This document shows, piece after piece, positions 42,778 to 51,832 of a stretch of 64,000 nucleotides of DNA. The stretch is from Actinomycetota bacterium (lineage in GTDB: Bacteria; Actinomycetota; AC-67), in the NCBI GenBank assembly GCA_036397035.1, contig DASWJS010000014.1, positions 36,014 to 100,013 of the forward strand, given 5' to 3'. The notes below the pieces were generated by a model. That model was not told the DNA's origin. It made no database searches and saw nothing but the letters and a program-made list of their open reading frames with translations. Positions within the stretch are counted from its first letter, which is position 1, and each line of letters starts with the position of its first letter. Made by a program: the position numbers and the translations under genes.

Positions 42778-44669
42778 CGCCGGAGGTGTCGCCGTTCATC
42801 GTCGGCTGCCACCGATCGGGAACGACCCTCCTGCGGCTGATGCTCTCGGCGCACCCCGCGATCGCGATCCCGGAGGAGTCTCACTTCATCCCCTGGTTCT
42901 TGAGCCGTCGCCGACGGTACGAGCGACCCGCCGGCTTCTCGCGCGAACGATTCATCACGGACCTGTTGAGCCACCCGCGGTTCCGCGCGTGGGACCTTCC
43001 GGGGCAACTGGTTCGTCGAGCGCTCGGCGACGAGACCGACGCGCTCGACCTCATCGACGCGCTGCGGCTGACCTACGCCGCGTACGCCGGGCATCACGGG
43101 AAGGAGGTCGCGGGAGACAAGACTCCTCCGTACGTCACGATGATCCAGGCCCTCGCGGCCACGTTCCCCGGGGCGCGCTTCATCCACCCCATCCGTGACG
43201 GTCGCAACGTGACGCTGTCGCTGCTGGACATGCCCTGGGGGCCGCGCACGGTCGCGACGGCGGCGGTGTTTTGGAACGAACGCGTCCGGGCGGGGCGGAC
43301 CGCGGGCGAGACGCTGGGCCCGGAGCGCTACCTGGAGTACCGGCATGAAGACCTGATCGCCGACCCCGAGGCGACGTTGCGGCGCATCTGCGCGTTCATC
43401 GACCGTCCGTTCGACCCGGCGATGCTCGGCTGGCACGAGGGTCGCGCTCCCACCACGGATCCGACCTTCCAGCACCTCGACCGGCCGCTCACCGGGGGTC
43501 TCCGCGATTTCCGCGCGCAGATGGCTCCCCACGACCTGATGCTGTGCGAGGCGATCGCCCGCGACTCGCTGCGAGCGCTGGGCTACGAGCCGGTGACCGA
43601 ACCCGACGAGAGCGCGCGCGCGGCGGCCGCGATTGCGCTCGCCGCACGCGGCCGCGAGATCGCCGGCGCTGGAGGCGATCTGCGGCACCCGCGCGAGCGG
43701 CAGTCCGCTCGAGGCGGCCCTCGCTTCCCGCCGCGGCGTGCGAGCCGCGAGCCTCCGCCGTTCGTCTTCTTCACCGGCTGCCAGCGATCGGGCACGACCC
43801 TGCTGCGCGCGATCTTCGACGCCAACTCGCAGCTCGCGATCTCGCCGGAGTCGCACTTCATCCCCGACCTCGCGGCGAACCGGGCGCGCTACGAGGGCGA
43901 CGGCTCCTTCGACGTCGCCACTTTCCTGGCCGACCTGCGCGCGCATCCGCGCTTCCATGACTGGACTCGCCGCATCACCGCACGCGACCTCAAGCAATTG
44001 TTCAAGCGACGGCCGCCTGCCGACCTGCCCGACGCCATCCGGTGGATGTATCGGCTGATGGCCTGGCGTCTCGGAAAGACCAGGTATGCGGACAAGACGC
44101 CGCGGTACGCGGGCTCCATCCCGCTTCTCGCCGACCTGTTTCCCGAGTCACGGTTCGTGCACATCATTCGCGACGGGCGGAACGTGGCGCTCTCGGTCAT
44201 GGAGGCGCCGTTCGGTCCGACGGAGCTGGATCGTGCCGCGCTGTATTGGCGCGCGCGCGTCTCTGCCGCGCGGAGCGCCGGGCGTGCGCTGGGTGCCGGC
44301 CGCTACTTCGAATTCCGTTACGAGACGCTGCTGGATGATCCGGAAGCGGTCGCACGGGCCATCTGCACGTTCATCGACGTACCGTTCGAGGAACGGATGC
44401 TCTCGTTCCACGAGCGCCGGCGCGAACCGAGGAGCGCCCACATGGCGAACCTCAACAAGCCGATCACGAAGGGCCTCCGCGACTGGCGCACGCGCCTGGA
44501 TGGCGACGATGTAGCGCTGTTCGAGGCGCTCGCCGGCGATCTGCTCGACGACCTGGGCTACGAGCGCGGCATCGACGCGTTCGCAATCCCGGGCCGCGTG
44601 CGGCTCCGCGCAGTTCGCGCGCGGGTGCGCGACCGCATTTCAAGGAACCCCGTCAGCCGACTCGTCTAG
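42774..44669 (+). CDS. tandem sulfotransferase domains (paralogs 2 and 3) in one 631-codon frame
   Basis: ATG at 42774 overlaps the paralog-1 stop (ATGA). First domain has FIVGCHRSGTTLL..IRDGRNVTLSL. Second domain has FVFFTGCQRSGTTLL..IIRDGRNVALSV. There is no stop codon between them. The first 290 codons of the 924-aa track ORF are alternate-frame artefact. Confidence 0.6.
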   Translation: MTPEVSPFIVGCHRSGTTLLRLMLSAHPAIAIPEESHFIPWFLSRRRRYERPAGFSRERFITDLLSHPRFRAWDLPGQLVRRALGDETDALDLIDALRLTYAAYAGHHGKEVAGDKTPPYVTMIQALAATFPGARFIHPIRDGRNVTLSLLDMPWGPRTVATAAVFWNERVRAGRTAGETLGPERYLEYRHEDLIADPEATLRRICAFIDRPFDPAMLGWHEGRAPTTDPTFQHLDRPLTGGLRDFRAQMAPHDLMLCEAIARDSLRALGYEPVTEPDESARAAAAIALAARGREIAGAGGDLRHPRERQSARGGPRFPPRRASREPPPFVFFTGCQRSGTTLLRAIFDANSQLAISPESHFIPDLAANRARYEGDGSFDVATFLADLRAHPRFHDWTRRITARDLKQLFKRRPPADLPDAIRWMYRLMAWRLGKTRYADKTPRYAGSIPLLADLFPESRFVHIIRDGRNVALSVMEAPFGPTELDRAALYWRARVSAARSAGRALGAGRYFEFRYETLLDDPEAVARAICTFIDVPFEERMLSFHERRREPRSAHMANLNKPITKGLRDWRTRLDGDDVALFEALAGDLLDDLGYERGIDAFAIPGRVRLRAVRARVRDRISRNPVSRLV

Positions 44670-44675
44670 GACGCC

Positions 44676-46403
44676 TCAAGCGATCGCGCCTGCGATAAAG
44701 CCTTCGTGTTCGAGGTGCAGGAGCACCTTCTGCGCCGCCTGCTCGGCCGTCAGTTCCGTCGTGTCGATCACGACTTCGGCGTCGGCCGGCTCCTCGTAGG
44801 GGTCGGAGATCCCGGTGAACTCCTTGATGATGCCGGCGCGCGCCTTGGCGTAGAGGCCCTTGCGGTCGCGCTGCTCGCACACCTCGACCGGCGTCGCGAC
44901 GTGAACCAGGATGAACCCGCCGCCCTCCTCTTCGACCGCGCCGCGCACGTCCTTGCGCACGGCGTCGTAGGGAGCGATGGGGGCGCAGATGGCGATGCCG
45001 CCCGCCTTGGCGATCTCGCTGGCGACGTAGCCGATGCGGCGGATGTTGATGTCGCGGTGCTCCTTGGAGAAGCCCAGCTCGCTCGACAGGTTCTTGCGCA
45101 CGAGGTCCCCGTCGAGCAGCGTCACCGTCCGCCCGCCCATCTCGAGCAGCTTCACGAGCAACACGTTCGCGATCGTCGACTTGCCCGAGCCCGACAGCCC
45201 GGTGAAGAACACGGTGAAGCCGCGCTTGTGGCGCGGCGGCTCGCTCGCCCGCAGCTCCTTGACGACTTCGGGGAAGGAGAACCAATCGGGGATCTCGCGC
45301 CCGTCGGCCAGGCGCGCACGCAGTTCCGTGCCCGAGATGTTGAGCGTCTTCTGCCCCTCGGCCACCTCGTCGACGGGGATGTAGCGGTCCTCGTCGGGCA
45401 GGTAGACCATCAACTGGAAGGGCACCATCGTCACGCCCAGCTCCTGCTCGTGCTCGCGCAGCAGCTCTTGCGCGTCGTAGGGACCGTAGAACGGCGTCCC
45501 GGACGAGTCGCTGCCGGGCCCGGCGTGGTCACGGCCGACGATCAGGTGCGTGCACCCGTGGTTCTTGCGGATGATCGCGTGCCAGATCGCCTCGCGCGGA
45601 CCGCCCATGCGCATCGCGAGCGGCAACAGCGACAGCTTGACCGTCTGCGCGGGGTACCGATCCAGGATCGCGCGGTAGCACCGCACGCGCGTGTAGTGAT
45701 CGACGTCGCCGGGCTTGGTCATGCCGACGACCGGATGGATGAGCAGGTTCGCCTCCAAGTCCTTCGCGGCGCGCAGCGTCAGCTCGTAGTGGGCGCGGTG
45801 CATCGGGTTGCGCGTCTGGAAGGCGACGACGGTCGTCCAGCCGGACCGCGCGAACTCCTCCCGCAGGTGCGCGGGCGTCAGCCGGAGGTCGTGGTAGTCG
45901 TAGTGCGACGGCGGCGCGAGCCCTTCCAGCGTGCCTCCGACGTAGACGGGGTTCGAGCGCCGCTGGAGGTAGGCGACGGCCGGGTGCTCGGGATTGTCGG
46001 TCCCGTAGACCTGCACGGCCTCGTCGGTGCGATCGGGCGTCCAGACGTCGGTCACGGTGAGCGCCGCGAGCATCACGCCCTCGGCGTCGCGCAGCGCGAT
46101 CGAGCCGCCGGGCGCGATCCCGGACGCGAACTCCTCGGTCACGTCCAGCGTGACCGGGATCGGCCAGAGCGTGCCGTCGTCCAGGCGCATCTTCTGGCAC
46201 ACGCCGGTGTAGTCGGCCTGGCCCATGAACCCGGTCAGCGGCGAGAACGCGCCGTTCAGGATCATCTCGAGGTCGCAGAGCTGCCGATCGGTCAGGTCCC
46301 AGGACGGCCAGTCGCGCGAGGCCTCCTGGATCTCGGCCGCGCGCTCGGGTCCGGCGAAGCGGTCGATCAGCGTGCCTCCGTGGGGGGCGATGAGGTTGTC
46401 CAT
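44676..46403 (-). CDS. sat/cysC: bifunctional sulfate adenylyltransferase / adenylylsulfate kinase (PAPS synthase)
   Basis: 575 aa. N-terminal ATP-sulfurylase motifs (QTRNPMHRAHYEL, GRDHAGPG) and a C-terminal APS kinase P-loop (FFTGLSGSGKSTIA). Confidence 0.85.
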   Translation of the reverse strand: MDNLIAPHGGTLIDRFAGPERAAEIQEASRDWPSWDLTDRQLCDLEMILNGAFSPLTGFMGQADYTGVCQKMRLDDGTLWPIPVTLDVTEEFASGIAPGGSIALRDAEGVMLAALTVTDVWTPDRTDEAVQVYGTDNPEHPAVAYLQRRSNPVYVGGTLEGLAPPSHYDYHDLRLTPAHLREEFARSGWTTVVAFQTRNPMHRAHYELTLRAAKDLEANLLIHPVVGMTKPGDVDHYTRVRCYRAILDRYPAQTVKLSLLPLAMRMGGPREAIWHAIIRKNHGCTHLIVGRDHAGPGSDSSGTPFYGPYDAQELLREHEQELGVTMVPFQLMVYLPDEDRYIPVDEVAEGQKTLNISGTELRARLADGREIPDWFSFPEVVKELRASEPPRHKRGFTVFFTGLSGSGKSTIANVLLVKLLEMGGRTVTLLDGDLVRKNLSSELGFSKEHRDINIRRIGYVASEIAKAGGIAICAPIAPYDAVRKDVRGAVEEEGGGFILVHVATPVEVCEQRDRKGLYAKARAGIIKEFTGISDPYEEPADAEVVIDTTELTAEQAAQKVLLHLEHEGFIAGAIA

Positions 46404-46443
46404 TGCGTGGCGTCCTTTCGTAGCGCGGCGGCCGGCGAAACCG

Positions 46444-48228
46444 TCAGGGCCGAAGCGGCCAGCCGAGCGGGATCAAGATGGTTGCGCCGATGAGCATAAC
46501 GACCGTCAGGACGCCGCCCAACCTGACGAAGTCGCCCCATCGATAGCCGCCCATGCCGTAGACCATCGTGTTGGTCTGGTAGCCGATCGGCGTGACGAAG
46601 TCGACCGAGGCGGCGACGGTCACCGCGACGGCGAGCGGGCGCACGTCGATCCCGGTGCCGGCCGCCGTGGCCAGCGCGATCGGGAACATCAGCACGGCTG
46701 CGGCGTTGTTCGTCACCGTCGAGGTGAGCGCCATCGTCGCCACGAGCAGCCCGATCAGCACGCCCGTGTCCCCGAACGGGCTGAACGCGTCGACGATCCC
46801 CTCGGCGAACGTCGCCGCGAGCCCCGTGGACGCCAGCGCCGAGCCGATTCCGAACGAGGCGCCGATCGCGACGACCACCTCCAGGTCGACCGCGTCGCGC
46901 GCCTGCGTGCGCGTGATCACCCGGAGCGCGACGAGCGACAGCGCCGCGACGAGCGCGGCCGTGAGGATGTCCAGCAGCTCGGTCCCGGCCGCGATCAGCA
47001 TGAGGCCCATGACGACCGCCACGATGCGCGCCTTCCCTTTGCGCAACGGCGGTCCTTCGCCGAGCGATCCCACGACGAGGAAGTCGTGATGGTCGCGCCA
47101 GCGCCGGCCCCACCCGCCGTCGGCCACGAGGATCAAGACGTCGCCGGCATGGATCGTCACCTCGCCGAGCTTGCCGGGGATCTGTTCGCCCGCGCGATGG
47201 ATCGCCACGACCGCGGCTCCGTACCGCGCGCGGAACCCTGCCTCCTTCAACGTCGATCCGGCGACCGGCGACGCCGCCGAGACGACGATCTCGTAGAAGC
47301 GGTTGCCGTGGTCGGCCTGGAAGTCGGCGAAGTGGTGGCCTTCCGCCGGGCTCAGCCCGGGCGTTCGCTGCAAGTCCAAGATCCGGTCCACGTTTCCCGC
47401 GAACACCAGGCGGTCGCCGCCGCGTAGCACGTTCTCGGGCTGCACCGGCGCGCGCTGGATGCCGTCCCGGTCGATCGCGACCAGGAACACGCCCTGGAGG
47501 CTTCGCAGTCCGGCGTCGGCCACCGACTTCCCCTCTAGCGCTCCGCCCGCGTCGACTTGCATCTCGACGGTGAACTCGCGCGCGCGCGTGGAGAGCTGCT
47601 CGCCCGGCGCCCGGCGCAACGGCAGCACGACCGGAGCCATCAGGGCGATGATCGGCAGGGCGACGACGGCGAGCGGCAGCCCGACCCTGGTGATCTCGAA
47701 CAGTCCCAGCGGCTCGATTCCCTCCTCGCGCATCAGCCCGGCGACCACGAGGTTGGTCGAGGTGCCGATCAGGGTGAGGATCCCGCCGAAGAGCGCGGCG
47801 AACGAGATCGGCATCAGGAACCGGCTCACCGGGCGGCCGGCGCGGCGGGCCCACGCGGCGACGGCCGGCGCCATGACGCCGACCACCGGCGTGTTGTTCA
47901 TGAACGCCGACAGCACCGTCGTCGGGATCAAGACGCGCGCGAGCGCGACGCGGTCGCTGCGCTGCGTGCCGCCGCCCAGCATGCGCGAGACGATGTACTC
48001 CACCGCGCCGGTCCGCTCGACCGCGCGCGCGATGACGTACAGCGCGGCGACGGTCAGCGGCGCGGGGTTTGAGAAGCCGGCAAAGGCTTCCTCCGGTTCG
48101 AGCACGCCGGTCACGAGCAGGACCGTGAGCCCGCCCAAGAGCGCGTGCGGAAGCGGCGCCCGCTCGGTCGCCACCGTCCCGATCACCAGTGCGACCACCG
48201 CCAGCGTCAGCCAGGCTTCCCAGCTCAT
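46444..48228 (-). CDS. SLC13/DASS-family anion permease with two central TrkA-C domains (putative sulfate transporter)
   Basis: ~595 aa from MSWEAWLTLAVV... Two permease halves with SAFMNNTPVV / TSTVTNNAAAVLM hairpin motifs, separated by two TrkA-C-like soluble domains. Confidence 0.7.
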   Translation of the reverse strand: MSWEAWLTLAVVALVIGTVATERAPLPHALLGGLTVLLVTGVLEPEEAFAGFSNPAPLTVAALYVIARAVERTGAVEYIVSRMLGGGTQRSDRVALARVLIPTTVLSAFMNNTPVVGVMAPAVAAWARRAGRPVSRFLMPISFAALFGGILTLIGTSTNLVVAGLMREEGIEPLGLFEITRVGLPLAVVALPIIALMAPVVLPLRRAPGEQLSTRAREFTVEMQVDAGGALEGKSVADAGLRSLQGVFLVAIDRDGIQRAPVQPENVLRGGDRLVFAGNVDRILDLQRTPGLSPAEGHHFADFQADHGNRFYEIVVSAASPVAGSTLKEAGFRARYGAAVVAIHRAGEQIPGKLGEVTIHAGDVLILVADGGWGRRWRDHHDFLVVGSLGEGPPLRKGKARIVAVVMGLMLIAAGTELLDILTAALVAALSLVALRVITRTQARDAVDLEVVVAIGASFGIGSALASTGLAATFAEGIVDAFSPFGDTGVLIGLLVATMALTSTVTNNAAAVLMFPIALATAAGTGIDVRPLAVAVTVAASVDFVTPIGYQTNTMVYGMGGYRWGDFVRLGGVLTVVMLIGATILIPLGWPLRP

Positions 48229-48235
48229 CGCGCTC

Positions 48236-49261
48236 TCACCGGAAGGCCGGCAGGACCTCGGACGCGAACGCGTCGATGGCCGCGGCAACCGCGTCGCGGG
48301 GCATGCCCGGCAGCCCGAGTCCCGCGCTGAAGAAGACCTCCGAGAAGCCCAGCCCTTCCACGTCCTCGGCCATGCGTTCGAGCCGCGCGACGATGTCTTT
48401 CGGGGAGCCGACGAGCGTGCTCGCCCTGATCTGCTCCTCGAACGGCGCCACCGCGTCGCGCGCGCCGGACACGTCGCGCTCCCCCTGCGCCCAGAGCATG
48501 TACGAGCCGCGCACGTGCATCACGCCGTCGCGGATCGAGGCCCACCCCTCGTCGGCGTCCCGTCCGATGCCGACCGGCACGAACGTGCCGAAGCGAAACG
48601 GCCCCGTCGCGCCCGCGCGCGCGCGCGCCGCGACGACCGCCTCCGCGCGCTCGGCCACGCCGTCGACGCCGTGCGTCGACGGCGGGAAGTAACCGTCGCC
48701 GTAGCGCGCCGCACGATCGAGCGCCGCGTCGACCGTGCCCCCGAGCCACAGGCGAGGCGTGCGCGCCGGCTTCGGCATCACGGCCACGTCCCGGTAGTCG
48801 TAGAACTCGCCGCCGAACGTGAACCGCTCCTGCGTCCAGGCCGCGCGCAGCACCTGCGCGAACTCCGCCAGCCGCCGTCCGCGCCCCTTCGACGGCGCCT
48901 GGAACATCCGGTACTCCTCGGGCGCCCACCCCAAGCCGAGCCCGAGGTTCAGGCGCCCGCCGCTGATGTTGTCCACGACCGCCGCGTCCTCGGCCACGCG
49001 CAGCGGGTCGTGGAAGGGCGCCAGCAACACCGCGCTCCCCAGCTCGATGCGCCTCGTGCGCGCCGCGAACGCGGCGAGCATCGGGAGCACCGACGGGTTG
49101 TAGCCGTCCGTCGCCGCGTGGTGTTCGGCGAGCCACACCGAATCGAACCCGGCTTCGTCGGCGCGCGCGACGAGGTCGAGCGTGTCGGCGTACAGCGCCG
49201 CGTGGTCGCGGTCGTCCCACGGTGGGATTTGCAGCGTGAACTGGCCGAGCCCGAGCTTCAT
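48236..49261 (-). CDS. LLM-class flavin-dependent oxidoreductase (luciferase-like monooxygenase family)
   Basis: 341 aa with TIM-barrel LLM motifs (FDSVWLAEHH, GGRLNLGLGLGW). Confidence 0.7.
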   Translation of the reverse strand: MKLGLGQFTLQIPPWDDRDHAALYADTLDLVARADEAGFDSVWLAEHHAATDGYNPSVLPMLAAFAARTRRIELGSAVLLAPFHDPLRVAEDAAVVDNISGGRLNLGLGLGWAPEEYRMFQAPSKGRGRRLAEFAQVLRAAWTQERFTFGGEFYDYRDVAVMPKPARTPRLWLGGTVDAALDRAARYGDGYFPPSTHGVDGVAERAEAVVAARARAGATGPFRFGTFVPVGIGRDADEGWASIRDGVMHVRGSYMLWAQGERDVSGARDAVAPFEEQIRASTLVGSPKDIVARLERMAEDVEGLGFSEVFFSAGLGLPGMPRDAVAAAIDAFASEVLPAFR

Positions 49262-49274
49262 CGACCGGCGTCGT

Positions 49275-50231
49275 TCATCGCTGGTAGCTGTGCAGCCCCG
49301 CGATCCAGAGGTTCACCGCGAAGTAGGTGAAGAGCACGCTGACGAACCCGGCGACGGAGATGACCGCGGCGCGCGTGCCGCGCCAGCCGGCCGTCGCCCG
49401 CGCGTGCAGGTAGCCGGCGTAGATCACCCAGGTGACGAAGGCGAACGTCTCCTTCGGGTCCCAGCCCCAGTACCGGCCCCAGGCCTCGTGGGCCCAGATC
49501 GCGCCGGCGATGACCGCGAACGTCCAGACGGGAAACGCGATCTGGATCGTGCGAAAGGCGAGCGTGTCGAAGCGCGCGGCGCTCGGGATGCGCGACATCG
49601 CGCGGCGCTCGGCGAGGGCGGGCTCCTCGTTGTCGAAGTCGACGGGGAGTCCTTCGCGACGCTCCGCGGGCGCCTCCGGCTCGGTCCCGACGTAGGCGGC
49701 GCCGACGGTGCTCCCGGTAAACGCGGGCGAGCGGCGCTCGATCCGCGACTTGACCAGAGACAGCACCGTGAAGATGAACGACAGGCCGAACAGCGTCGAG
49801 GCGACGATCGCGGCGAGCACGTGGACCCGCAGCCACCACGACTGCAACGCGGGGACGAGCGGACCGGCCGGCGCGTACACGCCGCGCGCGCCGGCCAGGG
49901 CGAGCACCGCCGCCCCCATCGCGAAGCCGCCGAGCTGGCGCAGCCCGAGCCGCCGGTCGAGGACGAGCAGGTACACCGCGACGAGCAGCAGCCCGATCAT
50001 GTTGGAGTACTCGAACATGTTGCCCCACGGCACCCGCCCGACCGACAGCGCCCGCGTCGCGATCGAGGTCGCATGGACGAGGAGCCCGCCCCACGCGATC
50101 ACCGTGGCCGCCGCCCCGATCCGCGCGCCGCGGTACAGCGCGGCGAAGAAGGCGCCCATCGCCACGGCGTAGACGGCCATGGCCACCCAGAACAGCGTGT
50201 CGGAGAGTTGCGCCAGTTGTGCGTCAACCAT
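49275..50231 (-). CDS. ccsB: cytochrome c-type biogenesis protein CcsB/ResC (haem handling)
   Basis: Polytopic protein with a Trp-rich WWD-type motif (WGRYWGWDPKETFAFVTW) and conserved His residues. Probable start MVDAQLAQL. Confidence 0.8.
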   Translation of the reverse strand: MVDAQLAQLSDTLFWVAMAVYAVAMGAFFAALYRGARIGAAATVIAWGGLLVHATSIATRALSVGRVPWGNMFEYSNMIGLLLVAVYLLVLDRRLGLRQLGGFAMGAAVLALAGARGVYAPAGPLVPALQSWWLRVHVLAAIVASTLFGLSFIFTVLSLVKSRIERRSPAFTGSTVGAAYVGTEPEAPAERREGLPVDFDNEEPALAERRAMSRIPSAARFDTLAFRTIQIAFPVWTFAVIAGAIWAHEAWGRYWGWDPKETFAFVTWVIYAGYLHARATAGWRGTRAAVISVAGFVSVLFTYFAVNLWIAGLHSYQR

Positions 50232-51786
50232 CGGGTCCTCCGATCTGAGCGCCGATTCTCCGCCCGTCCGGCGCGGAGTCGGCACTCATTCGGGCGTGGA
50301 GATCGCGGTCGAGGTCCCGCACCAGCTCCGTGAACTCCTCCTCGAACGCGGCCTTGCGCTGCGCCGCGTTGCCGGCGATCTCGACGCGCGCGGCGTCGCC
50401 GTGCAGCGTCGCGCGCACCCAGACGCGCCGGCGCGAACTATACAGCGCGGGAATCAGGCCGACCAACAGCAGAATCGCGGCGACGAGCAAGACCGGCGCG
50501 CCGGGGTTCGACGCGACGTGGAACACCGCGTACTGCTTGAGCCCGGTGAACGAGACCTCGATGCCGTCGCCCAGGCCCTCTGTCCGGCCGAGGCGCAGCG
50601 CGCCGACCGCGCCGGGCGCCAGCTCGCGCGGGTCGAGCGCATACACCGACTGCGGCTCCTCCAGGCGCAAGTCCCCGAGGTATTGCTGGTAGACGACGAG
50701 CGGGTTCTCCGGCCGGGGGCCGCCGTTGACCGGCGTGCCGTCGTCGCCGAGCACGGCGTCGGGAACGAAGAACATCTCCAGGCCCATCTCCAGCGGCTCG
50801 GCGCCCGGCGTCTTCACCACGCCGCGCCACGAACCGTCGTCGGACAGGAAGACCGTCGGCCCGTCGTAGAGCACCGCGCCGTTCTGCCTCACCCTGATCT
50901 CCGGCGCCCAGCCCCAGGACAGCAAGTACAGCCGCACGCCGTCGTAGGTCAGCGGCGAGTTCACGTACACGTCGTACGGGCGCACGAAGGTCCCCTCCTG
51001 ATCGAGGATGCTCGTGCGAGCGACGAACGTGCTCGGGACGCCGTTGGGGTACCAATCGACGTCGAACGCTTCGAGCGTCACGCCGAACCCCTTGTGGCCG
51101 GGGAAGAACCGGCCTGCGCTGAGCGAGTCGTACTCGATGCGGGTGTCGCGGAAGGTCTCGCCTTCGATCACGGCGACCTGACCGCTGTGCCCGAACAGCT
51201 TGCCGGCCGCCATGCCGATCAGCAGCGCGAGCAGCGCCGTGTGGAAGACCAGGCTCCCGCCCTCGCGCCAGTGCCCCTTCTCCGCCGCGACCGTGCCGTC
51301 CTCGCGCGCGAGCCGGAAGCGGCGGTCGCGCAACAACCGCTCGGCGCCATGGAGCGCCGCTTCGGGCGCGAGCGCCATCTCCCCCGTCCGGTAGTGCGGC
51401 TGGACCTCCAGCGCCGCGGCCGCCCTCGGCCGTGCGCGAACCGCGCGGAAGAACGCGCGGTAGCGCGGCAGGAGACACCCGACCAGGCTCACCAGGAGCA
51501 GCACGGAGATGGCCATGAACCACCACGACCCGTACACGTCGAGCAGCCCGAAGAACTCCGCGATACGCGCCCACGAACGGTGGTCCTCGACCCACGCGTT
51601 CGCCGTCAGGGGCGAGACCGGACGCTGCGGGAAGAACGCGCCGACGGCGGCGCCCGCCGCCAGGATCAGCAACAGGATGATCGCCGTGCGCATCCGGCGC
51701 AGGGTCCGCCAGGCGGCGCTGAGCACCGCGACGGGAGGTGGCTGCTGCCGGCTCATCGTGGGGAAGCGCCTTGGCGCTGGGGACAA
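50224..51786 (-). CDS. resB: cytochrome c biogenesis protein ResB/Ccs1
   Basis: 520 aa with N-terminal TM helices, a large extracytoplasmic domain and a C-terminal TM. Sits upstream of ccsB in the canonical ResB-ResC order. Confidence 0.75.
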   Translation of the reverse strand: MSPAPRRFPTMSRQQPPPVAVLSAAWRTLRRMRTAIILLLILAAGAAVGAFFPQRPVSPLTANAWVEDHRSWARIAEFFGLLDVYGSWWFMAISVLLLVSLVGCLLPRYRAFFRAVRARPRAAAALEVQPHYRTGEMALAPEAALHGAERLLRDRRFRLAREDGTVAAEKGHWREGGSLVFHTALLALLIGMAAGKLFGHSGQVAVIEGETFRDTRIEYDSLSAGRFFPGHKGFGVTLEAFDVDWYPNGVPSTFVARTSILDQEGTFVRPYDVYVNSPLTYDGVRLYLLSWGWAPEIRVRQNGAVLYDGPTVFLSDDGSWRGVVKTPGAEPLEMGLEMFFVPDAVLGDDGTPVNGGPRPENPLVVYQQYLGDLRLEEPQSVYALDPRELAPGAVGALRLGRTEGLGDGIEVSFTGLKQYAVFHVASNPGAPVLLVAAILLLVGLIPALYSSRRRVWVRATLHGDAARVEIAGNAAQRKAAFEEEFTELVRDLDRDLHARMSADSAPDGRRIGAQIGGPDG

Positions 51787-51832
51787 AGGGTACGGCCCCC
51801 AACCGGCGAGCGCGACACGGGGCCGGGGCGGC

